From the NCBI GenBank assembly GCA_012295275.1, contig CM022679.1:25668001-25732000 (forward strand): 64,000 nt of DNA. Reading direction: 5' to 3'. Under the pieces are notes generated by a model. That model was not told where the DNA came from and did not search any database. It saw nothing but the letters and a program-made list of their open reading frames with translations. Numbering within the stretch: the first letter of the stretch is position 1; each line of letters starts with the position of its first letter. Positions 13,488 through 42,422 of this stretch are shown piece after piece. The DNA comes from Chrysomallon squamiferum. Taxonomy: Eukaryota; Animalia; Mollusca. The translations under genes were made by a program, and so were the position numbers.

Positions 13488-16400
13488 GTATTAAAACTTT
13501 ATTGTTATTGTTATTGTTGTTGTTGTTGTTGCTCCTGTTGTTCTGTTATTGTTATGATTATTACTATTGTTATTTTTGTTACTGTTGTTACTATTATTGC
13601 TATTATTGCTATTATTATTATTATTATTATTACTGAATAGTCATTTGGAAATAAAATGGAGCACAATTTGAGGATACAGAGTCTTGAATATACTCTTTTT
13701 ACATGATATTCTATAAGCTGAATTAATAATAATAATAACAATAATAATAATAGTAATAATGATGATGATGATGATGATGATGAATTTAAACAGTCTTGGG
13801 TTATAAGAACTGAAATGATTATATATAAAAACCTTCAAAATAGTTACACACTTGTTTGTTCTATTAAACAATATTGTAAACAAAGACTTGCATTAAGTAA
13901 AACTAAAAACTATTTTAAAAAATCCTAAAAAAAAAAATATGTATATATATATATATAAAAAATTTTTTAGGATTTTTTAAAAAAGTTTTTGTTTTACTTA
14001 ATGCATATATATATATCACATGCATGAAAATGTGTATAATATATTTAAATTTATTCACACCATGGCATATTAAATAGCCAATAGTTGTTATTTTACCAGT
14101 TGTTGTGTTTCTCATAGATGAACAACATGACTGGATAAGCGGGTCAAATTAATCCGAGTAGGTAGGTATTGTTTATGGCAGCACTTACCATGCTATTACA
14201 ACAAATACAGATAGCACCTTCCTGCTTTAGGTATTCCTAGCTTATTTATCAAACATAATTATATTATTAAATTTTATAATCATTTTAAGGTGTAAATTTA
14301 TTATAATAATGATAATATATATATATATATATATACACATGCACACACATACACACACACTCACATATTTTAAATATGTGCATATTAATATAATTGCAAT
14401 GAAATGAAATTAAAAAAATTAAATGTGTAAAAATAAAAAAAATAAAGAAACATGTTTTTTCTCCATTATATTCAGTTTTGATTTAATGTTTGATTTTGTT
14501 AAGACACTAAATAAGCTAATCTTAATTTAAGACTTCAGTTTCCAACTAATGGTTTAAGTAAAATGATTGATTAAGATTCTCAAATGAAATAATAGATAAT
14601 AATTCTTATAGCTGTCTACTACGAGTTCTATAGATAGATAAATCAGGCATGCAAATATTACTTAGTTACTTATGCCCAGTATTCCTTCTGTTTATATTAC
14701 AGTCACTACAAATATCTAGAAATTTATTTTTAAACAAACTCATTTTTCTATTTTACATTTCACCAAGTTCTGCTTGTTTATACATTTTGCAATTTTTGAT
14801 GCTCCAGATTTTTATTTAATCAATCTGTTTTGTCTTTTAAATTCTAACACCAGACTATGCATGATTTATAAATTTTTAAATTTTTGCTGCTGAATAAATA
14901 TTTTTGTTGATTATTTTTATAATCTAAATCTTTGGTTCCTAACAGTATATTTATATAAATAAATTTTCATTTGAGAATGCTGAGTGAAATAAAAAGTTTG
15001 TTTAATGTAACCATCTATACAATTTTTTTTTTCCCCTTTACTCTATACATAGATTCTCTTCAAACTTTTTCATACACATTCCAGTGCTCATATAATGCCT
15101 GAAAATGCATTAAATAATATACAATTCTTTCCATCAGTTAAAAAATTATTTGATTCGTTTCAAATGACTTGGTCAGATTTCAACAACTTTTTACTTGCTA
15201 AGTGAAAGACTTACACACACACATACATACATCCATACATACCCTATGTCATTCATACAGTTATATTCATTAAGATGAACAATAATAATTAACACATCAG
15301 TCTAATATTATTATAAATTTTTTTTTTTTTTTACTTTTCTAGTAGGTGGGTTATATTACTGTATTTTCTATGGTTATTGTCCAGATGAATTAATATTTGT
15401 TTTAAATCTCTTCTCTGTGTTAGTGCTGAATGGTGAAGGTTGAAATTTAAATGAGATTTGAAGTGAGAACTTGAAATTTCACACTTTTATCTCAAAATCT
15501 GCTGATGCCTCCTGCAGTTTTATACTGAGGAAATAAAGTAGTCTTGATTTTACAGACACTGTTTTATAAAGATGTGCTGCTCTGGGCACCAGAATTTCCA
15601 TTCGTTTCTTCTTTAAACCTGAATATTCACTGAAAAAAGTTCTGTACCATCCTCCCGATTTCTTTTCTTCCACGTATCTGTTTTATTTTAACAAAAGATG
15701 TTGCTAATATTAGTTTATTTCTGTGTGCTGGTTGTAAAATAACTAGTTTCAAGATTCTATGTAGTTTTTATTGGTTATTAAAAGAGATTAAATGAGGTTT
15801 CAATAATTGTGAATCAGTCAAAATTAAGTTGAATTTTTTCAGATAATTTTTGCATGGTGTTCAATTTTGCATTATTATTATTTTTTTTTTTTCTGATTTA
15901 GTGCAAGAATTAGAGGCTTGAATTAACTAAAAATATAGAATTAGCCATATTTAATGTTTATTATAAAGTTGTTTGCAATTGTGTGTTTTGTGTTTTTATT
16001 TTTATACATGCTTCACATGCAAGAATGTTGTAAACGTGATGAAAGAATGTTTTAAAAATAACTGTTTCTACTGAAATAACTAGAACTAGCAAAATTAGTT
16101 TTAATCTGTTAGTAAGTAATGAGGTTTTTATTGTTGTTGCTAATTTAATAAAGAAAATATGTAGTTACCAACATTCCAGAAATTCAGGGATTCTATTGTT
16201 TTGTTTGTTCCTTGTTGTTTTTGCTTTTGTTTTTTGGTGCATTATTTTGTATGTGTCTGTTTGTCTGTGTGTATGTGTGTGTGTGAACAAATGTATATCT
16301 ATTTTATTTATTTATTTTGTTAATTTTCAATATGCAATATCGTTATCTTAAATGTGATTACCCAGTATGCTGTACATAATATATTTTCAAATATTTCCGG

Positions 16401-17329
16401 TATCGGTTCAAGGCATTCACAAAAAGACATTTCAGTATCATTTTCTTGAAATTTTATTTTCTCACAAATATATTCAAACGATTTATCTTAAATCATTTCA
16501 TTTTGTATGCAGGATAAATTTTAAAAATAATAAATAAAAAATAAAAATTCAACAAAGATATGACACTTCTATTAATCAAAAACAAATAGAATATTTCGCT
16601 TTTACTATAGTTATGACATCACTAACATAAAACTGACAAAGATCTGAAATTTTTCCCGTTTCTTATATATTCTTCATCTTTTTACACTTTTCAGTATGCA
16701 TTGATGAACTTAATACAAATTTTTATTTTCCAGTATTGTTCGATTCAAAGGTTACAAAGATTTTTTATTTTGAAATATTTTAAATCGTGCATGAATGTAA
16801 AGTTTTGGTGTTTGAAAAATGTGCTTTCATGTACTGTATAAATATTGTTAAGTGTATTGGACAAGTCCTTTAAGGGTTAAATTTAAATTCTAGCAGATTT
16901 TTTTTTTTATTAAACTAAAATATGAGAATGGAACATGGTATAGATATATTATTAATAAAGTAATAAAAAATTTAAGATTAGAGAGATTTGTTTTTAGATT
17001 TACATTTATTGATTTTAAAAAATGAATAATAAGTTTTAATAGTTTATTTATGTTTTGAATATTAACTATTTTATTATATAGTAATGATATAATATGTTTC
17101 AAATATCCTAAATGTATGTATGTAAAATTTGTTCTCCATATTGTAATTCTAATTCTGAATGTGTTTTAAATATTGAAAATATATGTATAAAGCATTATGT
17201 TAATATTGATGCTTAGTGTGTTTTAAACATGGTAATTTTTTATACAAAATGTTCCCAAAACAATAATTGTTGTAATGTTCTATCAGAAATAGACATTTCT
17301 GATAGACATTGTGATGTTTTAATTATTGC

Positions 17330-17550
17330 TAATATGGAATTCTGATACTAACTGGTCCAGACATGGTAACTCTGACATTAAATAATTTAGATCTGGTAAT
17401 TCTGACATTAAATAATATAAATATGGAAATTCTGACATCAAATAATTCAAATACAGTAATTCTGAAAGTAAATAATTCTAATTTGGTAATTCTGACATTA
17501 AATAATTCAAATATAGTAATTCTGACATTTGATAATTCAAATATGGCAAT
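17330..17550. repeat. 30-bp minisatellite, about 7 copies
   Basis: AATTCTGACATTAAATAATTCAAATATGGT recurs at exact 30-nt spacing. It explains ORFs 17329..17553 and 17363..17563. Confidence 0.92.
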
Positions 17551-17805
17551 CACTTTTACTTAACTGCATCTATTTCAGACATTGTAAATTAGGCGGTTAA
17601 TTCTTACTTAATCTGTTTTGCTTACAGAAATCTCATTAAAAGTTACATCTTTACATCACAGTTAAACCAAATTATCATGAGCTCCAAACATTACATTAAC
17701 AGGAGACATATTTTCCACGAATATATAATTTTGGGCACCAGAATAACCCTGTAAATACATTATTTTGGGCACCAAAATTTCCACATAATGTCAAATTTAT
17801 TTCAG

Positions 17806-18010
17806 TCGAACTTGTTTCGAGAATCCAGCTAGTGGCAGTACATGCCTACTGACCAGTGGGCAAGGAGGCTGTCCCACGCCATGCCAGGTCCCTCCAGGAA
17901 AGACGAGGAGCAAGGAGCTTGCTGACTGGAGCTGCAGGACCAGGAGTCTGCAGGAGAAACATCAGTCGGAGGTCGGGTCGCAGCAGAAATGGTGGAAAAT
18001 ACAAAGATGA
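17806..18010 (+). CDS. Probable alternative terminal exon of the upstream uncharacterized gene (adds N-RTCFENPASG...KWWKIQR*)
   Basis: GC-rich island preceded by the acceptor tttatttcAG (17804-05). Only the phase-2 frame is open from the acceptor (to TGA 18008-10). A perfect phase-2 donor AA|GTAAGT lies at 13484, overlapping the TAA of the long exon. Confidence 0.6.
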
Positions 18011-19251
18011 GGGACTGCCGTCAGTATGTGCTGGCCAAGATGTCTGCAGTCATGTTGAACAAAATTCCAAAATAAATAAAGAAAGAGACAGTTCACCCTG
18101 CACAATGTGAACGATTATCTAGCATTTGATAAGAAAATATTTTTTTTTTTGTTTTTTTTTTTCTAAAGAAAGGTTTTTTTAAAAATAATAAAAGTAATAA
18201 AATTTGGTAGATTGTTAAGAAAGGGGTATTGATAAATTTGCTATGAAAAGTTGAAAAATAATATTAAATAATTAGTAAACTGAAGAAATATTCTGATTAT
18301 ATAATAAACAGAGGTAAAACTTAATGCTGTAAATATTGGATAAATAAATAAACTGCTAGAAAATAAAATATTAGAGCATCAAAATGAAATCTCTTGTGCA
18401 GGGTTAAGGAAAACCTGTTATAGTGACATAACTTGAAATGGCTGTTCTCTTAAGTGAAACAAGTTTAGACATGTTTTCTTCACTGGAAAGAATTAATATT
18501 AAAATCAGATACAAATGTTTCACACCAGTAACAGCCACAAGTTAAAAATGGAATGGTGACTTAACAAACCACTTAACAATGAAAAAGAAAAAAACAAAAT
18601 ATTTCTTTTCAAACCCATGCTTGGCTTTAGTATTGCTAACACTCATTTCGTTATATGGTTCATTTAGCATTTCTTTTTCATTTCAAAGCTTCCCTTCGTT
18701 ATGTCACCCTTCAGTGGTCATCACTGTTCTAATGCTGTCATTCATTGGTGTATTTACCATTTGTGAAGCTTTATTTCATTGGCCAATTTCCTTTCGTTTC
18801 TTTTGTTTTTCATTGGCCTAGATTCAACCGTCATCATTTCCAAGTGCTATTGTACAGCAGTCATCAAAGATGATGTGAATATTCCCCCAAAAAATTGGTG
18901 CTAAATTGTTTGTAAATCTTTGCTTAAATTTGTAAATTTTTGTCTAAAGGGAGATGTGCATATTGGACACCTTATGTACAGTTGTCATGGTGACTCATCA
19001 CGTGACCATCATGTACATGGTTGCCAGGATATAAACCATGACCAAATGTATATTACAACACTGGCTGTGAAAAAATTAAAATGGAGAAATCCTTCTCCAG
19101 TGCATTTTAGATTTATATTTCTCTATTGCTGCTGATCTTTTTATTAATTTTTATTTTTATTATTATTAATTTTTATTATTATTTTTTTTTTTTTACTTTT
19201 TTTAACCTGTGGCTGAATTTGAGTAATCTGTCTTATAATTCCTTATTTTAG

Positions 19252-19284
<33 letters not shown>

Positions 19285-20574
19285 AGTAAAAGAAGCTAAC
19301 TGAAGAATTAGTTTTCCTTATGCTGTTAAAATTATAACAATAGTGATTATATAGCCTGAACACATTTTGACTGTTTTTTTTGTCACTGAAAACTAACCTG
19401 TGCTAATAAAGTTTGTAATGACAAGTCAGCAGAGAATACTTTTATGGAAGCTGCCCTCTTCCTGTCTTGTTCATTCATGGTATCATGTGTTACACTGCAT
19501 TCATCACAGGTATTCCAGAAAGCTCTTGAATACTTGTCATGTTCATGTCATGCAGGAAATAAACAACCAATAGACACAGCAACTTTAAAATGAGTTACTC
19601 ACTCTTGGTTAGTGAGCAAATCATTATAGCATTCTTGCTGTATCTATCAGGTTTGTAAATTTATTTATTTGTTGTTTCAGTGTAAAACATGGTGCCACAA
19701 AACCCAAGATAAGAAATTGGCTGCTTCCTTGCTATTAACTCCACTGACTTGTTTCATCATACTTTATTATTAGTTAAGGTTGGTTGACAGTAACAAATCA
19801 TACTGTCACTTTGTGTTTATTTAGGCTATTATTAGAAAAAATACCAGTGCATAATAGTAATCAGTAAAGCTTTCATGCAAGAGCTAAAAAGAAACAGTTA
19901 CAGTAAAATTAGAAAGCCTCTCACAAAAACAAATGTATTTTAGAATTCTCAATAAATTCTAGCCATTGCAAATTATAGAAAACTCAAATTCAAGCCACCA
20001 TGTGCAATATTACCCAAAATGCTTCAGGGACCCATAGTCATTAATTTTACTGATCTCAATGTTTTGATATATGTAACTTTTTTCCTACACTTTTTTCTTT
20101 TTAAATCCTTACTTTGATAAAATGTTTAAGGTATTATTGCCATCAACAGTTTAAAAAATTAAGTTTAAGATCTTTTTATATTGGTCTTATTCTGAAACAA
20201 CTTTTGAAACAAATTTATTATTTCTTAAAATGTAATCAGAACAGGGTATTTTTTTTATAGTATATCCCTTTAACTTTTCAAGAATTGAATGCCAGTTAAA
20301 GAAACAATGTTCTTTTCCTGTTCCTTATTATTATTATTCTCTATTTTTTTCCCCTTATTTAAATAAATAGAATAAAATATTGCTGTATTTACTTTCACAA
20401 AATCTGATATTATTATGAAAATGTTGCCAAATGTTTTCAGTGAATTAAGTGCCAAACAGTGTTCTATGGTGACAGAGGTATCTGTGCTAAATACTGCACA
20501 TCTCTCAATAAATGTGTCACAGCTGAACAGTTGTTTGTTGTTTATCTCTTTCAGTGTGAACACGCAGTCTACAC

Positions 20575-20895
20575 CAGTGGTGACATGCTGTGACATGCAA
20601 GAGCATTTTAAGTGACACTGAGTTCCTTGGACATTGATTTAATATATTCTCAAATATGTTTGGTCACGTAATTTAAAAATTAATAAAAGAGAATTAAAAG
20701 TAATGGGTGAGAGCAGAACTCCTTGCTGTACTCTGGTAACATTTATTCCTATTCATATGATATAGAAGAGTGAATTCTGGAGCAATTGCTGGATCTGTGG
20801 TAACAATATAAATTTAGAAGTGACACACAACGATGTAAAAACGACTAAGATATAAAAGTACTGACATGCCTAGCATCAAAGTTTTGCCACCACTG
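20575..20895. mobile_element. Non-autonomous hAT-family (Charlie-like) MITE, 321 bp
   Basis: TIRs CAGTGGTGACA / TGCCACCACTG (one mismatch) and a perfect 8-bp target-site duplication GTCTACAC at 20567-74 and 20896-903. Confidence 0.8.
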
Positions 20896-23014
20896 GTCTA
20901 CACAGTACATATATCTCCGTAACACTTGGCTAGTAAAACCTAATGATAAATAAATAAATAAACATGAACAAAATAATGGTTATGTACACTTACATTTAGC
21001 CAGTTTTTGCTTTCTTTGAATATATGTGGCAACTTGCTCAGTTTGTTTAAAGAATACCTTTTATATATATATATATATTCATTTCTTGTCACCTTTTTAT
21101 TTTATGTCCAAAAACAAAATGTTCATTTGAAAGTATACAAAATATATTTATGAATACACTAATAAAGAAAGAACAGCTCCAAAATATATTACATCCTTAC
21201 ATTTTTTTTAAATCCCAAATCTCAACAAGTTAATAAAATTCCCTTTGTTTTGTTTTTTTCTTCTTCTATATATATCATCTGCCCTTTAAAATAAAATAAT
21301 AAAATAAAAAAATAAAAAATTAAATAATAAAATTAAATAGTAAAAACCGAACATAACCTAACACATAAACAAATAAAATATTTCTTTTATTTCATTCTTT
21401 CATACAGTTAGTGTTGGATCAATGGAAATAGCTAGATTCTTGTATTACACAGAATATATTTTTTAATTTGTATAATAATTGTTCATATAAAATTTTACAT
21501 AAATATCTTGAAGAGAAAGGCAGAAATTATGGCATATAAAATAGGAAAAGGGGCAAGTTACATTTTTTTTAAATTGATTTCCTATAAAGTAAATTTGTTA
21601 AATGAAATAAAAAATAAAATAAAAAAGTAATGAAAAACTTGACCCTTTTATATATTTTCTTTGAACTGCCAATTTTATAATTTTTTAATATTTGAACAGA
21701 AAGCAAAAATCAAGTATTTGTATGGTTAAATGAAAAAAAAAAATTAAAACATTTAATACTATTGTCAGTGTCTGCCAAATGAAAACAAATAAAATAAAAT
21801 TGAATAAAAACAATTAACAATAAGAAACCTAAAGATAGGAAAAATTAAAAACAAAATTAAAAATCGTTGCTGCATCATCTGGGTTTTTTTCTTCAGTTTA
21901 ACAACTAACAATAAAAATCTATTAAAATTTTATTGATAATGTAATTCCATGGCATCTATCAAATTAGCACCCATTAAGCATAGCATATCAGGTGAGTTTA
22001 AAAATTTTCCCAAATCCTCACTGCTTGTATGTAATGCTAAAACATCTGACTGTGCCCTTGGATATTACAGGATCATGTGGTTTGAATGTTGGTGCTGCTG
22101 TGTGTAATTAACAATTATAAAAATGAATACAACTGCACAGTATGAACAAATTAACTGATATATTTATATAATGAAATGAAAAATTTTAAAAATATGAACA
22201 TGGATGAGACAGCTTTTTCATAAAATTATCTCAAAATAATTTTGACTCCAAGATTAATGCATAAACCTTGTAAAAACTTAAAAAACAACATATTTTTATT
22301 TATTTATTTTTTTTTTTTGGGGGGCATTGTCAACAATCATCTATACATGATGTGGTTATAAATACATGTTTTTTGTTTTCAATTCTTAAAATGCTTCATT
22401 TAATGTGGTAACCGAAAAAATAATGAAATGACAGCCGAGACTAATGAACAGCTAATAGTGAAAATATGTGATTTAATAATGTTATTTACATATATACACA
22501 CCCGTGTTACAGAAATGATTTAGTTTTCTTTAATTATTACATCATTTTATTGTTAACAGATTAGACAGAATCCTTTTGAAGATATTTCAGACCATACCTG
22601 ATTGTGAGAGTTTGATTAAAAACACAATAAAATAGCTGTCTACATACAAGAAAAACTGGTTTTTGTTTATTCAACTTTACTTATTTTCTTATTTAATATC
22701 AATATACATTGGTGTACCAGAGACTCAGTCTTTCTAAAAAGAACACAACAAGTTTTACATATGATCTTCTGAGTCTTCTGTTTAAAAATACTTCAATGAG
22801 GCTTGTTTTTAAAAACCCCATTAAAATCAACATAAAAATAAAATAAAACTGTTTTATTGTCAGTAAACACCATCTTCTCAGCCCAAAAAACAGTCAATGT
22901 CGTAACAATGCATTACTATTATTTTTAATTTTAATTTTTTTTTTTACATCATATTGTTAAAACCATCTTCCAAGTCCTTCACCAAAAACAAAATCCCAAA
23001 ACATTTTAGTCACT

Positions 23015-38996
<15,982 letters not shown>

Positions 38997-39119
38997 AATG
39001 CATTAACTTGTTAAAGCAATAAGTCAGTATCTTCAGTTCTAATTAAAATTAAAATAATAATTTTTAAAAACATTCAATCCATTATGATTACAACAATAAC
39101 GATAAATCGGCGTTTGTGT

Positions 39120-39340
39120 TACGCCATTAAAGTGCTTTCCGGTTGTCGTGCCATATATAAGTTTTAGTAATATACACTTTAAATAACAAATTTTTGCAGA
39201 AATTAAATTAATATATATTATTTGCCAAATTTATAATATAATGAGGTAATAATACTAATTAATGGGATGAATACGACAAACATAAATGAAATTAAACGCA
39301 TGCGCATGTGGGCAGGAACCACGTGCTCTTATAAAATAAC
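39120..39340. promoter_or_regulatory. Bidirectional housekeeping promoter between DDX46 and GAR1
   Basis: Divergent start codons about 1.1 kb apart. YY1-like CGCCAT 39122-27, ETS-like TTCCGG 39137-42, TATATA about 39154-59, NRF1-like CGCATGCGCA 39297-39306, E-box CACGTG 39320-25, TATAAAA 39330-36. Confidence 0.65.
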
Positions 39341-40083
39341 AACAGCAATGGTTTAAAACAGCAAAGAAGACATACAGTTTTTTTAAATAGCAAAGTATAA
39401 TTTTCTATTATATAGCAATTTTACTTTTTAATTTGTATGAGTCGATATCACTTAAATGTATCAAATAATGAGGAAAACGTGTTATGATGTTGAAGCGCGA
39501 ATTTCTTCTATGCTTCATTGCTTACAAGTTCAAGAAGTTACACTTTACAATACTGAATTATTATTATAGTGAATACAACTACCAGAGCTAGACAAATTTT
39601 GAAGTCGATTTAATAATATACAAATTTTAAGTTAAATATAATTGAAAATATAATAGACTTTCTTTTCTATTTTGCACCATTTTCCTAACGAAAGAGAAAA
39701 GGGTTGGACTATAGTTTAGATAGAGTATATAATATACTATCGCTACTCGCGTACTCTGCATTGCATTTGCAGTGCATGAAATTTACGATAACGATCTCGA
39801 CGAACTGATGAATGATCGTTATCAATATGAATATCATTATCATGATTAAAAATCTTTATCAACATATATAAAATGATACATTAATCTGTATTTATGCATT
39901 AGCGTGCAGTATTTTAAAATAAAAACGTACACTCAAGTAACATGAATCATCTACTGTAGTGAAATGTAAAAATAAAAAGTGTAAGTCTTAATTATTATTA
40001 GCAGCATTACCCGTAACCTAGTTTTGCCATATAATAAATAAAACAGACTTGTTTTCAGATCTGAATCTACAGATACATCTAAA

Positions 40084-42422
40084 ATGTCATTTCGAGGTCG
40101 TGGAGGGGGTGGACGTAGTTTTCGTGGTGGAGGAGGAAGAGGTAACGTAATATTTGAATTAAGAAAATATATGTATTTTAATAAATATATATTTCTTTTG
40201 CTTTGATATAAATTTTAGAAAGTACCCTTTTTTGGATTCCTAGATTATAGATAGAAATATTTTTAATTATTAAAGAAAAACACATTTGTTATGATAAAAC
40301 ATTAATGCAATTATTAAACTTGTTGCTGTTGTTGTTTCAGGTGGTGGTAGAGGTGGGGGACGGGGTGGTTACCGGGGTGGTGGAGGTGGAAGATTTTATC
40401 AGGATCAAGGACCCCCAGAGGAGGTTGTAGGTATGTATTTCAGTGTCTTTGTTTATTTAATACTTTTTACATTTGCCTCAGAGTTTCTTTTTTTGTTCTT
40501 TTATTCAATATAAGTTTATATTAAATAAAAGAATGAAAACTAAACCTGTGGAAAAAATATTGTTATTTCTATTATCTAAATACTGAAAGTCGCATAAATA
40601 AAGTTTAGATAACCTGGAGTTTGTAAAATTGCTAGTCCATTTATCAGTATCTGTCAAATGCTAATAATTGTTCTTTGTTTTCTTGTTCTTTCAGAAATGG
40701 GTTTTTTTACCCACCCTTGTGAAGATGACTTAGTGTGCAAATCAACCAATGAAAAAATTCCTTACTTTAATGCACCGATTTTTCTTGATAACAAGCAGCA
40801 AGTTGGAAAAGTGGATGAAATATTTGGTCAGATCAAAGATGTTGTATCTTTTCTTCAAATAAGAACATTAAGTAATAATGTTAATGATAAATTACCACGA
40901 GCTTTCATATTACTAATTTATTACCTCTTATTAAAATGACTAAAACTCTCTTTTATGTAAATTTCCTTAACTTTTGAAGTATTTTTCTGTTAAACTTTCT
41001 GGTGACATGAAAGCAACTTCTTTCTCCAAGGCCACAAAAGTAAGTAGTTGATTTTATTTAAAAAAAAAAATTATATAAAATAGTTATAAGCAATTTATGT
41101 ATGACATATTTATTTTGAATTACAATAATTTATTTTAAAAATGAAATGTTTAAAAAATCGGAGTCTGGAATTTTTGTGGGACTGACTTCTGATGTCATAA
41201 CAAATATTTAACTTTCATATTATTGTCAGTTTTGGTGTTTAAAAAACCCTCTGAAATAAACAACAAGACCAAAGAGGAATTAATGTAGCTGCTGAAATAA
41301 AATGTTAAGATGGCTGAGGGTAGAATCAATTTACAAAATTTTATAATTCAGTTTATTCTATAGCCAAAGCTAATTTTGAAAAACACCTTTTCAAAACAAC
41401 TACGAAAAGTTAAAGTGTACTATTTTGGAAAATTCACCAATTCTAAAATACACAGGCATGAAAGTCTGTTCATTATTACTTTTTAAATTATATTTGTATT
41501 TATTATTATTTATGTTATACATTTTATTTATTTTTTCAGTTGTTCATTGACCCTCAAAAACTACTTCCCCTGCAGAGGTTTCTACCAAGGCCACCAGGAC
41601 AGAAACGAGGCGTTTCCAAGGGAGACAGAGGACGAGGTGGAGGGGGCAGAGGATTTGGTACAGTCTACTTCAAATCAGTCTCAGCTGGTTTCTTTTCACT
41701 GAGTTTCACTCTTGTTGTTTTACATATTGCTGGGACTATATCAGTTTTTATGAAGGGGGTCGCTAGTTCCTAACATTCAGTAATTGCCAGAGAATCATTG
41801 GGTATTATTTTATCCAATAGTTAGGCTAGAATTGGTAGAGACAGATAATGTATTTAAAAATCATCACTATAATGTATATATTTAAAAAGTGACAATATGT
41901 TACTAGAAACCTTTAATACAGTTGTCTTACTATGGCTGATCCATGGCTTATATTTCTGCTAATGTTTCCAGTGGAAGCTGTTAATTTCAACTTTTGTGTA
42001 GTTGTTTATATGTTATGGTTTTAATTTTATTACATCTCCATGCATGTTACTGGAGTATTTGGTTTCAACTTAAATGTTGATTGTTTGCATGAATCTGAAC
42101 AATTTTGTATTTAATTACATTTGCCTACATGTCACTGGAAACTTCAGTTTTGTATGTGTGGATTTCTATGCAGTAGTGGCTAGTTTCTAAAACCTCCAGT
42201 AATTTCCATTTATTATAAACATCAAATCTCTCATCATGATTTACAGGTGGCCGAGGAGGTGGATTTAGAGGCGGGCGAGGAGGATTCAGGGGAGGAAGAG
42301 GAGGGGACAGGGGTGGCAGAGGTGGAGGTTTTCGGGGCAGAGGGAGAGGAGACAACAACAGAGGTGGTGGAGGTGGATTCAGAGGAGGAGGAGGTTTTAA
42401 TTCTAGAAAAAGTTTTGACTGA
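40084..42422 (+). CDS. GAR1: H/ACA ribonucleoprotein complex subunit 1 (GAR1), 216 aa; coding exons 40084-40141, 40341-40430, 40695-40843, 40980-41039, 41540-41657, 42247-42422
   Basis: Starts [10 protein letters not shown]- and C-terminal RGG boxes flank the core DQGPPEEVV...[10 protein letters not shown]...[25 protein letters not shown]...YFSVKLS...[18 protein letters not shown]. 651 nt in frame. An acceptor at 40057-58 implies an upstream non-coding exon. Confidence 0.96.
40844..40979 (+). other. U12-type (minor spliceosome) GT-AG intron in GAR1
   Basis: 5' end GTATCTTT. Branch-point TTCCTTAAC at 40963-40971 ends only 8 nt before the intron end. No long polypyrimidine tract. Removal restores the conserved KDV-YFSVKLS frame. 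Confidence 0.88.

Noticed and set aside
39480-39830. Possible C/D snoRNA (ATGATGT...CTGA) and a 10-bp hairpin (39787-39823) in the GAR1 5' intron
   Set aside because: Imperfect C box, no terminal stem and no recognisable rRNA guide; the hairpin alone is insufficient.
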